The translations under genes were made by a program, and so were the position numbers. The notes beneath the pieces were generated by a model, which did not search any database, had not been told where the DNA came from, and saw only the letters and a list, made by a program, of their open reading frames with translations. A stretch of 64,000 nt of DNA from an uncultured Verrucomicrobiae bacterium (GTDB taxonomy: Bacteria > Verrucomicrobiota > Verrucomicrobiia > Chthoniobacterales > JAFAMB01): assembly GCA_963837955.1 (NCBI GenBank), contig CAWIPH010000001.1, positions 224,001 to 288,000 on the forward strand, given 5' to 3'. Positions 28,364-39,557 of the stretch are shown here, in pieces (positions within the stretch are counted from its first letter, which is position 1; each line of letters begins with the position of its first letter).

Positions 28364-30091
28364 CTACTGTTTCTTCGGCGTCTCGTTCCACCGGGGCCGA
28401 TCCATGAGAAGCAAACACTCGTTGTTGGCGAATGAGGTCACCGATTTTAGCGGAAAATCATTTATTCCCTGCGGAAGTCCGACGACGAGCGTCGCCCAAT
28501 CGCTATACTCGCCGAGCACGATATCCGACAAAAATTTCAAGTCGCGAGAAATAGGCGTTAGATAAAGGCCGACCACCGGCCCTCCTAAAGACTCGAAATC
28601 GTGATACTCGTAAAATTGTTTTCGCCGTTGGGGAAGCCAGAGGGATTTGCGGTCCGAATACCAGGCAATCGCCCAGGGCATATCGGAGGCGACAATCTCA
28701 TCGGACTTCGTCCACGTCCCAATCAGCTGCATCACAGCTGGAGCATAGGGAGGGAACTGCATCGGCGGTACGTTGGAAAAAATTCCGAATCCAAAGAGAG
28801 CTGGCAATCCGGTAATCAGAAAAAAACCGGCATAAATAACATACCGGAAAAGGTGCTGCTCAAGCCCTAGTCGATAGAAAAATACGAGGATCATCGCGAA
28901 TCCGTAGATGGCCAGAGCGGGACCGAGAAGTATCAATATCTGGTTAGGCCCGATCGCCTGCCCGTTTGTACCGATCGAAATAGAGCCGGCAAACGCACCC
29001 AGCAACAGGAGAAATATCAGCCACTTAAAGGTGTTAGTCTCCTGTCGCTTAAATGGGTGAAAGAGGGCAGCAAAAAAGAAGGGAGCAACAGCTATTCCGC
29101 CGAGCAAGATGTAAAGCGAGCCTAGCTGCTCCTTAAAGTTGATGATCATCCGGCCACGAAACGCGGGAGGAGTTACCTCAGACAGGTCGGGATCACTCTG
29201 GCGCATCCAACCGGTTTCGGTGTGGACTACATGATCGAGCAGCGCGAACGGGCTGATGCCAAACGGCGTTTTGGAGACATGCAGATCCCGCACTATCCAA
29301 GTGGAAAATAGGGCTAAGCAAAGCAGGCCGGGCAAGAGCGCACCGAGGGGTCGAGGACGAAAGTACCCCCAACAAAACACTAACGCCGCCCCAGAAATCC
29401 AAAGAGTGATCGGATGACACAAGGCCATGGCACCTTGAAATAGTCCAAGCAGTGCCAGCCAAAGATAAGGGTTCCGCGCGTCCACCCGAGCGATGATCGC
29501 TTTGACCAGGCACCACAGCGAACAGCTCGTCAGAAACAGTAGAAACATCTGGGGCAAACCGGAAAGCGAAAATTGCCAGAATTGATCCGCCACTAACGTG
29601 ATCCCGGTTGCCAGCCACGCCACCTTGGTATCGAACAACAATCGAGCAACGTGGAAGTTGACGAACAAGGCGCACAAGAAGAAAAGGGCAGAGACACCGG
29701 CAATCAAACGGTCACCTCGGTAGACTTGCTCTCCAGCGTCTACTTTTTGATCGAGTTGTGAGGCTAGCAGATAGAGTGCGCCGGCGTTCACTATCGGGTT
29801 TAATGGTGCGTGGTAGAGGTCGGGAACATTTGCCGCTGGCAACTGGCCAAAGGTCTGCTGCAGAACATGCGCTTCCAAAGGGCGGATGTTTTTCGTACTG
29901 AATCCATTGCCGCGCGCTATCTCGCGCGCTATTTGAGCCTGATCCATCCCGGTTGGAGTCGATAGGCCGCGAAACTGAAGAAAGAGATAGGCAAGACCCA
30001 GAGCGATGGCGGCCACTAACAAGAGTACTACTCGAAAAAAACCTGCTATCCTTCCCTGCTCGAGGGAATGGACGAAGCCTTGCACATTCAT
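28364..30091 (-). CDS. GT-C/PMT-ArnT-like membrane glycosyltransferase
   Basis: MDQAQIAREIARGNG after TM1, PDLYHAPLNP, ~12 TMs, SDMPWAIAWYSDR C-domain. Confidence 0.7.
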   Translation of the reverse strand: MNVQGFVHSLEQGRIAGFFRVVLLLVAAIALGLAYLFLQFRGLSTPTGMDQAQIAREIARGNGFSTKNIRPLEAHVLQQTFGQLPAANVPDLYHAPLNPIVNAGALYLLASQLDQKVDAGEQVYRGDRLIAGVSALFFLCALFVNFHVARLLFDTKVAWLATGITLVADQFWQFSLSGLPQMFLLFLTSCSLWCLVKAIIARVDARNPYLWLALLGLFQGAMALCHPITLWISGAALVFCWGYFRPRPLGALLPGLLCLALFSTWIVRDLHVSKTPFGISPFALLDHVVHTETGWMRQSDPDLSEVTPPAFRGRMIINFKEQLGSLYILLGGIAVAPFFFAALFHPFKRQETNTFKWLIFLLLLGAFAGSISIGTNGQAIGPNQILILLGPALAIYGFAMILVFFYRLGLEQHLFRYVIYAGFFLITGLPALFGFGIFSNVPPMQFPPYAPAVMQLIGTWTKSDEIVASDMPWAIAWYSDRKSLWLPQRRKQFYEYHDFESLGGPVVGLYLTPISRDLKFLSDIVLGEYSDWATLVVGLPQGINDFPLKSVTSFANNECLLLMDRPRWNETPKKQ

Positions 30092-30098
30092 CTCTTCT

Positions 30099-31463
30099 TT
30101 AGCGCTCTTTTTCGGAAATGTTCAACTCTCTAAGCCGGCGGTGCAGCGTTCGACGACTAATACCAAGTTTTTTTGCCGCCTCTGTACGGTTTCCACCCGT
30201 CTCGTCGAGCGCCCGCATAATGAGCCGCATCTCCTGGTCATGTAAATTCATTTGTCCGGCTTTTTCTGGCCCTTCTCCAAATTTGGCTCCGGCATTCTGG
30301 ACAATAGTTAAAGGAAGATCCTGTAACGTGATTTCGGAGCCAGACGCTAGCGTGACACCGGAATCGATCGCACCCTTGAGCTCTCGCACGTTACCCGGCC
30401 AATCATATCGGAGCAGGCATTCCATCGCACTCGGATCGAGGGGGCGAAACGGCTTACCGTCCCGCTGACTGATCTCTTTCAGAAAAGCATTCGCAAGAAG
30501 CGGTATGTCCTCTTTGCGTTCCCGCAATGGGGGAACCCGAATCTCGATCACATTGAGACGATAAAAGAGATCTTCCCGGAATTTGCCTTCGCTGACCAAT
30601 GCCCGCAGATCGCGATTGGTAGCCGCGATCAGACGAAAGTCCGCTTGGATCGTTTGATTACCGCCGACCCGCTCGAACAAGCCAGGGTCCAATGCCCGCA
30701 GCAACTTCACCTGAACGTTGCTGTCGATCTCCCCGATTTCATCCACAAAAAGGGTTCCACCAGCCGCTTGCTCCATTCGACCAATTCTCCTTTCCGACGC
30801 ACCGGTGAACGAGCCCCGCTCGTGTCCGAAGAGTTCGCTTTCAATGAGTTGCGGTGAAAAAGCCGCGCAATTGAAGGCAACGAATCGGTTCTTGGCCCGA
30901 CTACTCAAATGATGGATTGCGTGGGCAATCAATTCTTTGCCCGTGCCACTCTCGCCCGCGATCAATACGGTGGCGCGGCTGGGAGCCACCTGCCGGATCG
31001 TATCGTAGACCCGTTGCATGACGAGCGACTCGCCAATCAGATTTTCTAGTCCATAGCGATCGTCTACCTGCTGACGCAATTGCACGTTTTCCTCTGCCAG
31101 CTTCCGGCTCTGGATCGCCCGAGTGATTTTGATCGCCAGCTCGTCGAGGTTGATCGGCTTGGTCACGAAGTCGTATGCCCCACGCTTCATCGCATCCACC
31201 GCTGTCGCGATCGAACCGTAGGCCGTCATCAGCATACAAATCGGTGCGCGAGGACCCTGCCGAATCTTGGCGATTAAACTAAGGCCATCCTCGTCCCCCA
31301 ACCGCAGATCGGTTAAAACCAGATCAATCCGGTCGGCTGCAATGACGCTGAGCGCTTCGTCGGTGTTGCTCGCAGTGTAAACGTCAAAATCCTCTTCGAG
31401 CGATTGTCGCAACCCGTCGCGAGTATGTTTCTCGTCGTCAACAATCAGAATCGTGCCCTGCAT
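30099..31463 (-). CDS. Sigma54-dependent (NtrC-family) response regulator
   Basis: Receiver (IVDDE, TDL, TAYG, KP), GESGTGKE, GSFTGA, WPGNVREL, Fis HTH; likely start MQGTILIV at 31463. Confidence 0.95.
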   Translation of the reverse strand: MQGTILIVDDEKHTRDGLRQSLEEDFDVYTASNTDEALSVIAADRIDLVLTDLRLGDEDGLSLIAKIRQGPRAPICMLMTAYGSIATAVDAMKRGAYDFVTKPINLDELAIKITRAIQSRKLAEENVQLRQQVDDRYGLENLIGESLVMQRVYDTIRQVAPSRATVLIAGESGTGKELIAHAIHHLSSRAKNRFVAFNCAAFSPQLIESELFGHERGSFTGASERRIGRMEQAAGGTLFVDEIGEIDSNVQVKLLRALDPGLFERVGGNQTIQADFRLIAATNRDLRALVSEGKFREDLFYRLNVIEIRVPPLRERKEDIPLLANAFLKEISQRDGKPFRPLDPSAMECLLRYDWPGNVRELKGAIDSGVTLASGSEITLQDLPLTIVQNAGAKFGEGPEKAGQMNLHDQEMRLIMRALDETGGNRTEAAKKLGISRRTLHRRLRELNISEKER

Positions 31464-31601
31464 GGATGGACTGGCCTGGACCCACAATGCCATCTATCAG
31501 CACAGATTCCAAGAGCAGGTGTGCCAAGTCGGCGCAGTCAATGCGGTGCGAGGGAAAGAGGATCGGAGAGCGGAGTACTCCATTGCTCCTCGTCCAAACC
31601 T

Positions 31602-32825
31602 TTAACCTCCAGGGTTGGGAGCTGGCTCGCCCTCGGGATTCATGGCAGCTTCATTGCGGTCGCTCAGAAGTCGCGTCCGCTTATCCCCATAAGGAAGGTG
31701 GATTGTCACCCTAACTCCTTTCCCTTCGTTGCTCTCGATCTCCACTTCTCCCCCATGTTCCCGAACAATTCGGCGCACAATCAGCAGACCCAAACCGCTG
31801 CCAGACGACTTGGTCGTGAAGTAAGGCTGGAAAAGCTTGCTCATGTTTTCGGACGAAAGACCGCCGCCCGTATCGACAAAGGCGATGGAGACGAAGTTAT
31901 CATCACGCCAGGAACGAATATGAAGGATGCCTCCCTTCTTCATAGCCTGAAACGCGTTTTTGATCACATTGTAGAAGGCCTGTTTCATTTGGTCGCGGTC
32001 GACCTCCACAGGGGGCAACCCGATAGCCAGATCGGTTTCTACCAGGATATCGCGATCTTCCATTTCTCTGCGCAGGAAGGCGACAGATTCTTCCACGATT
32101 TCATTCAGATCATACGACTCGAAGGAGGGGGTCGTCGGGCGAATCGCTTGCAAGAATTGATGGATAATCGAGTCAAGACGTTGAATCTCAGCGCCTGTTA
32201 CTCTCAAAAGTTCCTCGATCGAATCCCTGACCGGTTCCGGCACGCGCTTTAGTTTCCGCTGGATTAACTGCAAGTGAATATTCAGGGAGTTGAGAGGATT
32301 TCCAATCTCATGAGCAACGCCGGCAGCTAGCATGGTCAGGGCCGAGAGTTTTTCGCTCTCGATAGTGCGTTCTGTACTCCGGCGATCTTCGGTGATATCC
32401 CGAAGAATCACCGCGAAAGCGACGAGATCCTGCATCACGGCAGCCGATTCGGGGACGGCTTTATCCAGATGCAAAGGAGCAACGTAAAAATTAAGAAACC
32501 GATGTCGGGGATAAAACAACTCAATGTCGCGGCTAACAGTGCCTTCGCTTGAACGCAAAGAGGTCCAACTCAAGCCACGCAAGAAATCATCGATCGGTTT
32601 TCCTCGAGTTTCTTCCGGCTCAACCCCAAACAGGTGACCGGCAGCGGCGTTGAAGAACTGGATCTTACCCTGCACATCCGTGACAATGACTCCCTCCTGA
32701 AGAGCGTCGAATATTCGCTCGAGAAACCCTTTCTCTTGAGCCAACCGGATAAGATAGTTCTGCACTTCCTCCGGTTGAACCCGGCGAATTCGCTCGATTA
32801 ACTTGTCCAAAAATCCTGACTTCAT
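31602..32825 (-). CDS. Cytoplasmic PAS sensor histidine kinase (NtrB-like)
   Basis: PAS (EGVIVTD..FNAAA), AHEIGNPL H-box, N-box KNAFQAM, DTGGG, GSGLGL. Confidence 0.93.
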   Translation of the reverse strand: MKSGFLDKLIERIRRVQPEEVQNYLIRLAQEKGFLERIFDALQEGVIVTDVQGKIQFFNAAAGHLFGVEPEETRGKPIDDFLRGLSWTSLRSSEGTVSRDIELFYPRHRFLNFYVAPLHLDKAVPESAAVMQDLVAFAVILRDITEDRRSTERTIESEKLSALTMLAAGVAHEIGNPLNSLNIHLQLIQRKLKRVPEPVRDSIEELLRVTGAEIQRLDSIIHQFLQAIRPTTPSFESYDLNEIVEESVAFLRREMEDRDILVETDLAIGLPPVEVDRDQMKQAFYNVIKNAFQAMKKGGILHIRSWRDDNFVSIAFVDTGGGLSSENMSKLFQPYFTTKSSGSGLGLLIVRRIVREHGGEVEIESNEGKGVRVTIHLPYGDKRTRLLSDRNEAAMNPEGEPAPNPGG

Positions 32826-33598
32826 TAGAACAAGCTCAGGCTCGAAATTTTCTTCAGGGCCCCGCGATAAGTGCTGGGTGGAAGTGTCAATGCATCGGGG
32901 GCAATCGATTCATCAGGCCGCCACGTTTCGACGGGAAGTGAAGGCAAAAATTGAGTGGATGCCACTTCTAATTCACCAGAAAACGCACTGCTCTTAATCC
33001 TGATATTTTCAACCTGGTAATCGCTCTGCCGCACCAATGCCTCCACCACAAACATGTCTTTTAGACCCTTTATCAATTGCGGGTCGATCCGAAATTCAAG
33101 TTTCCAGGCTGGCTGACCCGATTGATCGGTGGCCGACTCGTAACGGAGGATCTGAAACAAAGCCGGCAAGAGAACGATCTGTTGATCCCGGAACGGCAGC
33201 CGGAAATCGGGAATTGCCTGCTTGGAATCAGTCGAACGGACACCAGAGAGCAGTTGCTCACCCAAATCCTTTGGATACACCCACACGCTTTGACCATCCC
33301 GGCACAAGATGACCCGCTGGTTTTGATCATTGGTTTCGACGCGCAATTTGTCGGGAAACTGGAAACTGATTCGCATCGGGCGATTCAACAAGAGCGGAGC
33401 AAGTTGCGCACATTGGCGAATCGTAACATCGGCCAGAAGCGCTTTATTCGAAGCCTTAGAATAGAAAAGCGCCCCGTAAGGTTGAAGCAATTTTGCCAGC
33501 ACGTCGTATTTGTTTTGCGCTAGGCTAGCGCGTGGCCCAAACAGAAAAACCGCGATGGCAAAGACGCTCATCCACCGTGAAATGCTTGGCATGATCAA
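32825..33598 (-). CDS. Exported LolA-like/DUF2092-like protein
   Basis: Signal peptide (..ASLA-Q); FQFPDKLRVE..CRDGQSVWVY resembles the LolA fold; 1 bp overlap with kinase start. Confidence 0.55.
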   Translation of the reverse strand: MIMPSISRWMSVFAIAVFLFGPRASLAQNKYDVLAKLLQPYGALFYSKASNKALLADVTIRQCAQLAPLLLNRPMRISFQFPDKLRVETNDQNQRVILCRDGQSVWVYPKDLGEQLLSGVRSTDSKQAIPDFRLPFRDQQIVLLPALFQILRYESATDQSGQPAWKLEFRIDPQLIKGLKDMFVVEALVRQSDYQVENIRIKSSAFSGELEVASTQFLPSLPVETWRPDESIAPDALTLPPSTYRGALKKISSLSLF

Positions 33599-33821
33599 AA
33601 GAGTACGAAGAAGTACGAAAGAATTTGTGAGTTCGGGCGTTCGACGGTTATAGAATGATGAAACTTAATCTAGGAAATCTATTCGGCCAGTGCGCTTCGA
33701 GGTAACGGAACGCCGAATTCCTGCACCCTTACCGCGAGTAATGAATTTAAACTCTTGTATAAAGCGGTTGGCTCTTTCCGTATTTCCCAGTATCCTTGCC
33801 CGAAAGATCGCTTAAGGAGCT

Positions 33822-34586
33822 GTGTTGGCACCAATTGTGTTGCTTGCTGCCCCGTCCGGTGGCTTAATTTACGCTTTCACGGAAGCAACTTTCGAAGGAA
33901 AACTCGTCCTTCTGGCTCTCTTCGTCGCCTCGATCTTCAGTTGGTCCGTGATGGTGACCAAGATGCGAGTAGTTCGGCTCTCCCGCAAGAAGAACGACCA
34001 GTTCCTTCAGCGGTTCCGGTCGGAACGGCAGCCGCTGCGAATTTACGAGTCCAAAGTCCGGTTCGATGGTTCTCCGCTGTACGCCATTTACCGAGCTGGA
34101 TGTCGTGAGCTCACATTTCATCTGATGGGCGCAAGCGAAGTGGACGACACTTTCTGGGCAAGACTTGAGATCGCAGAGCGGATCACTCCGGCGCAGATGC
34201 GAGTCGTGACGACTTCGATGGAGCGAGCCGTCGGCGAATCCGCGCTTCGGTTGGAGGCGCAGATGATCCTGTTGGCCACCGCCGTGAGCGGTGCTCCCTT
34301 TTTGGGCCTGCTAGGTACCGTTTGGGGCGTCATGGATACCTTTTCCGGTGTCGCGATTGCGGGTTCGGCAAACTTGGCTGCAATGGCTCCAGGTGTCTCT
34401 GGCGCGCTCATCACCACCGTCACGGGCCTGCTTGTCGCCATTCCCGCAATGTTCGGTTACAACTTTCTCGTCACCAGCATTCGGTCGCTTATTGTGCAAA
34501 ACGACAACTTCGCCGCGGAACTTGCCTCCGAGTTTGAGCATAAATATGTGAACCACGGAGTTCGGCCCGCCTTTGTTACGAAATAG
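33822..34586 (+). CDS. tolQ: MotA/TolQ/ExbB proton channel protein
   Basis: APFLGLLGTVWGVM, APGVSGALITTVTGLLVAIPA..YN. Confidence 0.9.
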   Translation: MLAPIVLLAAPSGGLIYAFTEATFEGKLVLLALFVASIFSWSVMVTKMRVVRLSRKKNDQFLQRFRSERQPLRIYESKVRFDGSPLYAIYRAGCRELTFHLMGASEVDDTFWARLEIAERITPAQMRVVTTSMERAVGESALRLEAQMILLATAVSGAPFLGLLGTVWGVMDTFSGVAIAGSANLAAMAPGVSGALITTVTGLLVAIPAMFGYNFLVTSIRSLIVQNDNFAAELASEFEHKYVNHGVRPAFVTK

Positions 34587-34597
34587 AATACACTGCG

Positions 34598-35017
34598 ATG
34601 CGACGTTTTTCAGATCGGCCGACCCTGCAAACGCTTACTGAGATCAACGTTACGCCGCTGCTCGATCTCGCATTCGTTCTACTCATCATTTTCATTATCA
34701 CGACGCCGCTCATGGAAAAGAGCGTGAATCTTGAGGTTCCAACCAGCGGAGCAGCGGATCAATCGGTCGATCATTCCGAGGTTCAGACCATTGGTATGGA
34801 TAGAGATAACGTGATCACTTTGAACGACGAAATCGTGGATCTACCGACGCTGGAAACGAGGTTGATCTCCATCCGGGCAGAAAAACCGGAAGCGCCGGTG
34901 ATTGTTCGACCGGACAAATCCCTCAGCGTGCAACAGTTGGTCAGCGTCATGGACGTGTTGCAGCGGGCGAAGATTTCGAAAGTGGGCGTAGCGACTCGTT
35001 CCGAGCGACCCGAATGA
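34598..35017 (+). CDS. tolR: ExbD/TolR protein
   Basis: [35 protein letters not shown]. Confidence 0.9.
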   Translation: MRRFSDRPTLQTLTEINVTPLLDLAFVLLIIFIITTPLMEKSVNLEVPTSGAADQSVDHSEVQTIGMDRDNVITLNDEIVDLPTLETRLISIRAEKPEAPVIVRPDKSLSVQQLVSVMDVLQRAKISKVGVATRSERPE

Positions 35018-36075
35018 CGGAGGACGATGATCGCCGGCCGACCGAGCACGGCGGATTCCGCCTAAACTTTGCACTGATCGCCGCGCTTCATTTGGTTGTC
35101 CTGGGAGCCATTCTGCTTCTCGCCATTTTCCCCTCCCGAAAAAAGGAGGAAAACGTAGTCTGGATGAACCCGGGATCCTTTGCGTCCGGTAGTCCAGCAG
35201 TCGATTCAGCCCAAGCAGGTGGCAGCCCAGACAACGCCGCCGGTCAGAAAGAAAATTTGCCGCAGCCCGAGTCGACCCCCTCGCCACCGCCAGCGGTAAC
35301 CTCGACACCTCCTCCGGTTGTGCCGGAGCCAACCGTTGAGATACCGAAGAACACTCCCACTCCAAAACCGACGGTTCAGGTCACACCCTCTGCGCCGCCG
35401 AATCTAATAACTCCGAAACCCACGCCGACACCGACCGCTAGACCGACGCAGTCCGCTACGCCGAAACCAACCGCAACTTCTACTCCTAAACCAACACCTA
35501 AGCCGACTCCAAAGCCCACGCCTAAACCGACGCCAAAGCCGACCGCCAAACCGTCAGCAAAGCCGACCACGGAACAAAGCAGTACACCCAAACCGAAGGG
35601 AAGCGAAAGTCCGGAGCACAAATCGCCGACCAGCCCGAAGAAGGACGAGCAAAAGACAGCAAAAAATGAGAGCACCCCTTCTGCAACACCTCACAAGCCG
35701 GAAAATGAGGGAGGCCCGAACAAGGGATCAAAGACCAGTCCGCCGAATGGCACGAATGGCAACGGCAACGGCTCAGCTCCGGGCGACGGTGAAGCAAATT
35801 TCGGTCTGTACGCCGAGATCATCAAAAACCGATTCGATGGAGCTTGGAATCAGCCACACGGTCAAATCCCGGCAGGAAGTGCTCTCGTGGTGACGGTTCA
35901 TCTCAAGATTGAGCCGGATGGCGCAGTGACGGACTTCTCGATTGTGGAAGGGTCCGGCAATTCCGTGGTGGACGAGACCGTCAAAGAAGCAGGACACAAA
36001 ATCACGCGACTACCGCCGCCCCCCGGCGGCAATACGTTTGCCCCGACCATCCGATTTGAGCTTCGGAATGAGTAA
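35014..36075 (+). CDS. TolA/TonB-family energy transducer
   Basis: N-terminal TM with ALH, long (TPKP)n linker, TonB_2-like C-domain (IKNRF..W..SGNSVVD). Confidence 0.85.
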   Translation: MTEDDDRRPTEHGGFRLNFALIAALHLVVLGAILLLAIFPSRKKEENVVWMNPGSFASGSPAVDSAQAGGSPDNAAGQKENLPQPESTPSPPPAVTSTPPPVVPEPTVEIPKNTPTPKPTVQVTPSAPPNLITPKPTPTPTARPTQSATPKPTATSTPKPTPKPTPKPTPKPTPKPTAKPSAKPTTEQSSTPKPKGSESPEHKSPTSPKKDEQKTAKNESTPSATPHKPENEGGPNKGSKTSPPNGTNGNGNGSAPGDGEANFGLYAEIIKNRFDGAWNQPHGQIPAGSALVVTVHLKIEPDGAVTDFSIVEGSGNSVVDETVKEAGHKITRLPPPPGGNTFAPTIRFELRNE

Positions 36076-36181
36076 ATTTTCTGCATTTTTGGGTGTGAAG
36101 ACACGTCTACTGCTGAGGATCCACGGCTCCCATTCCGTTTGCTTCTTTCGATCGCATTTGATTAGTTAACGCCACAAAACC

Positions 36182-39100
36182 ATGCCCGACGCCGAGAACT
36201 ACCAGCACTATCAAGTACTCCGGCGGGAGGATGGCTCTCTATGGGAGCTGGGCCGAGGGGCGATGGGTATCACCTACAAGGCATTCGATACCAACCTTCG
36301 GTGCACAGTCGCGCTCAAGGTTATTAATAATACCTACCTCGACAGCGAGGTAGCTCGCCAGCGGTTCCTGCGTGAAGCCCGCGCCGCCGCTGCGCTGCGC
36401 CACCAGAACGTAGCCTCGGTGTTCCATCTCGGAACGGACCACGACAGCTACTTCTACGCGATGGAGTTCATCGACGGCCAAACCGTGGACGCCTACATGG
36501 CTGAAAAGGGGCATATCGAACCGATCGAGGCACTCCGAATCTGTCTACAGGTGACCCGGGCATTAGCGGCCGCGGCTCGACAGCAACTGGTACATCGCGA
36601 TTTGAAGCCCGCGAATCTGATGCTGGTCGACGAAGATGGCGAGAAGATCGTCAAAGTGATTGATTTCGGGCTGGCCAAAAGCGCGAAACGAGAAGGAGAA
36701 GATTCTGGAACCCTCACGATCGCTGGGGGGTTCGTCGGCACACCGCATTTCGCTAGTCCGGAGCAGCTGGAGGAGCGAGACATCGACATCCGGTCAGACA
36801 TCTATTCTCTCGGGGCAACGCTCTACTACATGCTGACAGGCCGTCCCCCTTACTCTGGTTCTGTGGCTCAGATCATGAGCCAACATCTTTACAAACCGAT
36901 CCCGACCGAACCACTGGCTGATGTTCCGCCCTGCGTCACTGCGCTGATCCAAATGATGATGCAGAAAGATCGCGATAAGCGCCCGCAAACGCCCGCGGAA
37001 CTGCGTCGAGAAATTGTCAGTTGCATGGAGCAGCTGCAAGGCTCAGGCAGCACAACGATACCAAGTGAAGCGGCCTCTGGAGCTGCTTCCGCCGTCGAAG
37101 CACCGGTAGAAAAAACGGTTATCGCAGATGTAGAAACGACACCAGACGAGCCCCTGACTCGGGAAGCGGTCTTAGGTCGACGTTACCAGCTGATTCGGGA
37201 GTTGGACGAAGTTCCCCAAGGCCGCAAATTCTTGGCTTACGATCTGCGACAGAGCCGCCAAGTCACTCTCCTGATTTTTAGTGCCGGATTCTTAGCCGAC
37301 AAAGCGCGGTTCACGTCGTTGGAAGAAGAAGTAAATCGGCTCCAGGCGGCTAATCACGCGTCCTTGCGTCAGGTCTATTCTCTAGAGAGTACCGCGCATC
37401 ATTCTTTTCTGGTTCAGGAATGGGTTGTTGGTCCGACCCTGCTGGACGTTCTGCGAGCCAGGAGCGCACTGAGTGGACCGGAGGTCGTCAGATTACTCAA
37501 CCAGCTGGCGCCATTGGCAGATCACGCGACGCAGAAAAACCTGCAGACGGTGGATATTACGCTGAGCGGCGTCCAATTGACCCATCCGGGTCTGATCCAA
37601 GCGGCCATTTCAACTCAACTTTTGCAGAAGCCCCTTTCCGGCTGGGGAGGACTGACTGTTAAGGTCGCTGCGCTAGATTTTTCCTCGTCGGGTCAATCTG
37701 CCGATCAGGCGACGTGGGCCGGCTCGGCGACCCTGGTTCAAGGTGCTGGTACTGGCGGCGGTCCCCGGGGAAGCTATCTGCGGTTGCTAAGTCTGCTGGC
37801 ATACGAGCTCCTTGGGGGACAACGTAGCGTGGTGGAAACGACCGGACGCATTAGTCCGGTGGCCAGCCTGACCGAAGGAGGCAATGTCGTAGTCCGCCGA
37901 GGTATTACCGACGATTACCCGGGAGCGGCCGCTATGCTGGTGGAACTCCGCGAAATCGTCGGCGGTGCGGAACCGACAGTTGCTCCGATCGCAGCAGCAG
38001 CGCCAGAACCGGACTACGAGCCGGAACCAGACCTATCGCACAGCACCTCTGGAGGCGGGATCACCTCCGTACCCATACCGGTCAGTCGGCCGATTATCCC
38101 CGCTGTCGCGGATCAAACGAGTGTTCCACCGCCCTTGCCTTCCACCGAGCCTCGACCGGGTGAGACCGTCGCTCCAGATACTCCCCGTCGTCGGGTTTCG
38201 ACCGTTGGAGTCATCCTGGCCGGAGCGCTCGCCCTTCTGTTGATCGGGGTACTTGCGCTGGGAGGCTTTCTAGTCTTGCGCTTCTCCGGGCAAGGTCAGG
38301 CGACTCCGACGCCCACACCGATCGTCAAAGTAACGCCAAAATCAACACCGATCGTCCAAGCTACACCCACACCGAGACCAACCAGCAGCACACTCTCAAC
38401 CCCTTCACCTAAGCCAACAGCAATAGTTGAAAGCACGCCTACGGCGACCCCGCCTCCGACCGCCGCCCCATCACCGGTGGAAACTCGGGAAGCAATTCTG
38501 CAGCGACAACTCGATTCCACCGCTGAGTTGGTAAAGAACGGAGATTGGGCTTCCGCAATGAAGCGCTACATCGAACTGGCTAACCAATACCCAGATGTGA
38601 ATGCGCCCCGAGAAAAGCTCGAAAACCTGGTCGCCGAAGTACGATCGAGCAAAAAGATTGGCACAGCGAATATCCAGGAATACCAATCTAACCTTGAGCA
38701 GGCGGCGGACCTAGGCAGCATCCAAGCGATGTTGCTCTTAGGCGAGAACATGCGTCAGAACGATCAGGAATATGCCCTGCGTTGGTTTGAGGCTGCAGCA
38801 GCCAAGGGCAACGATCACGCCAAGGTTCAGGCAGGGTTGGTGTTATCGAATCGACGTGGAGACGGCGATGCGGCCCGCGCCTTTGAATATTTCAAGTCGG
38901 CTGCAGACAATGGCAATAGCGAGGGAAAATTCTGCGCTGGCGAATGTTACTATCTCGGAAAGGGAACCACCGTTGATATTCCGAAGGCGCTCGCGCTGTT
39001 ACAAGAAGCTGCGGCGATGCATGAACCTCGGGCGATGGATTTACTCGGCACCCATTTCCGGCGAGCGAAAGATTTCCAAAAAGCCAGAGCTTACTTCGAG

Positions 39101-39385
39101 GAAGCCACGCAACTTGGCTTCATCCGGTCGATGGTGAACCTGGGTGTACTGTATCTGCAGGGAGAAGGAGTAACCCAAAACTATCAGACCGCAGTCAGTC
39201 TGTTTAAGAAAGGAGCCGAACGCTCCGACAGTTATGGCATGTTTTTCTATGCTGAATGTCTCGCCGAGGGTAAAGGCGTAACGAAAGATTTTGCCGCAGC
39301 AAGCGAGTGGGCAAAAAAGGCGGCCCAAGCGGGCAATCCCCTCGCAGTCCAATGGTGCAAGGCGAAGAATATCAGTTATCAATGA
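36182..39385 (+). CDS. Membrane Ser/Thr kinase: active kinase + pseudokinase + TM + Sel1-like repeats
   Basis: GRGAMG, VALK, HRDLKPAN, DFG, GTPHFASPEQ; second degenerate kinase fold; TM ~38206-38280; repeats such as AGECYYLGKGT, LGVLYLQGEGV. Confidence 0.92.
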   Translation: MPDAENYQHYQVLRREDGSLWELGRGAMGITYKAFDTNLRCTVALKVINNTYLDSEVARQRFLREARAAAALRHQNVASVFHLGTDHDSYFYAMEFIDGQTVDAYMAEKGHIEPIEALRICLQVTRALAAAARQQLVHRDLKPANLMLVDEDGEKIVKVIDFGLAKSAKREGEDSGTLTIAGGFVGTPHFASPEQLEERDIDIRSDIYSLGATLYYMLTGRPPYSGSVAQIMSQHLYKPIPTEPLADVPPCVTALIQMMMQKDRDKRPQTPAELRREIVSCMEQLQGSGSTTIPSEAASGAASAVEAPVEKTVIADVETTPDEPLTREAVLGRRYQLIRELDEVPQGRKFLAYDLRQSRQVTLLIFSAGFLADKARFTSLEEEVNRLQAANHASLRQVYSLESTAHHSFLVQEWVVGPTLLDVLRARSALSGPEVVRLLNQLAPLADHATQKNLQTVDITLSGVQLTHPGLIQAAISTQLLQKPLSGWGGLTVKVAALDFSSSGQSADQATWAGSATLVQGAGTGGGPRGSYLRLLSLLAYELLGGQRSVVETTGRISPVASLTEGGNVVVRRGITDDYPGAAAMLVELREIVGGAEPTVAPIAAAAPEPDYEPEPDLSHSTSGGGITSVPIPVSRPIIPAVADQTSVPPPLPSTEPRPGETVAPDTPRRRVSTVGVILAGALALLLIGVLALGGFLVLRFSGQGQATPTPTPIVKVTPKSTPIVQATPTPRPTSSTLSTPSPKPTAIVESTPTATPPPTAAPSPVETREAILQRQLDSTAELVKNGDWASAMKRYIELANQYPDVNAPREKLENLVAEVRSSKKIGTANIQEYQSNLEQAADLGSIQAMLLLGENMRQNDQEYALRWFEAAAAKGNDHAKVQAGLVLSNRRGDGDAARAFEYFKSAADNGNSEGKFCAGECYYLGKGTTVDIPKALALLQEAAAMHEPRAMDLLGTHFRRAKDFQKARAYFEEATQLGFIRSMVNLGVLYLQGEGVTQNYQTAVSLFKKGAERSDSYGMFFYAECLAEGKGVTKDFAAASEWAKKAAQAGNPLAVQWCKAKNISYQ

Positions 39386-39416
39386 GGCGCGCGGGCGTTC
39401 GCGGAGTTCCGCAGCC

Positions 39417-39469
39417 CCATGAGTCCATGGGTCTTATGGGTCCCATGAGACCTATGAGTCCCATGAGCC
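39417..39469. repeat. 9 bp tandem repeat (ccatgagtc type)
   Basis: ccatgggtc ttatgggtc ccatgagac ctatgagtc ccatgagcc; same type at 45221-45266. Confidence 0.85.
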
Positions 39470-39557
39470 GCTTACCCCCGTCCTTGCCTACAAAAGCCGC
39501 CTAAATCCGTTCTTGTACGCTTTGGGCGAGCCCATTAACCTCAGGACCCTATCTTTT

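Noticed and set aside
31404..32252. 282 aa plus-strand ORF and many other antisense ORFs in the track
   Set aside because: Shadows of well-supported genes on the opposite strand, with no motifs
35340..35600. (TPKP)n repeats
   Set aside because: Normal TonB/TolA proline-rich spacer
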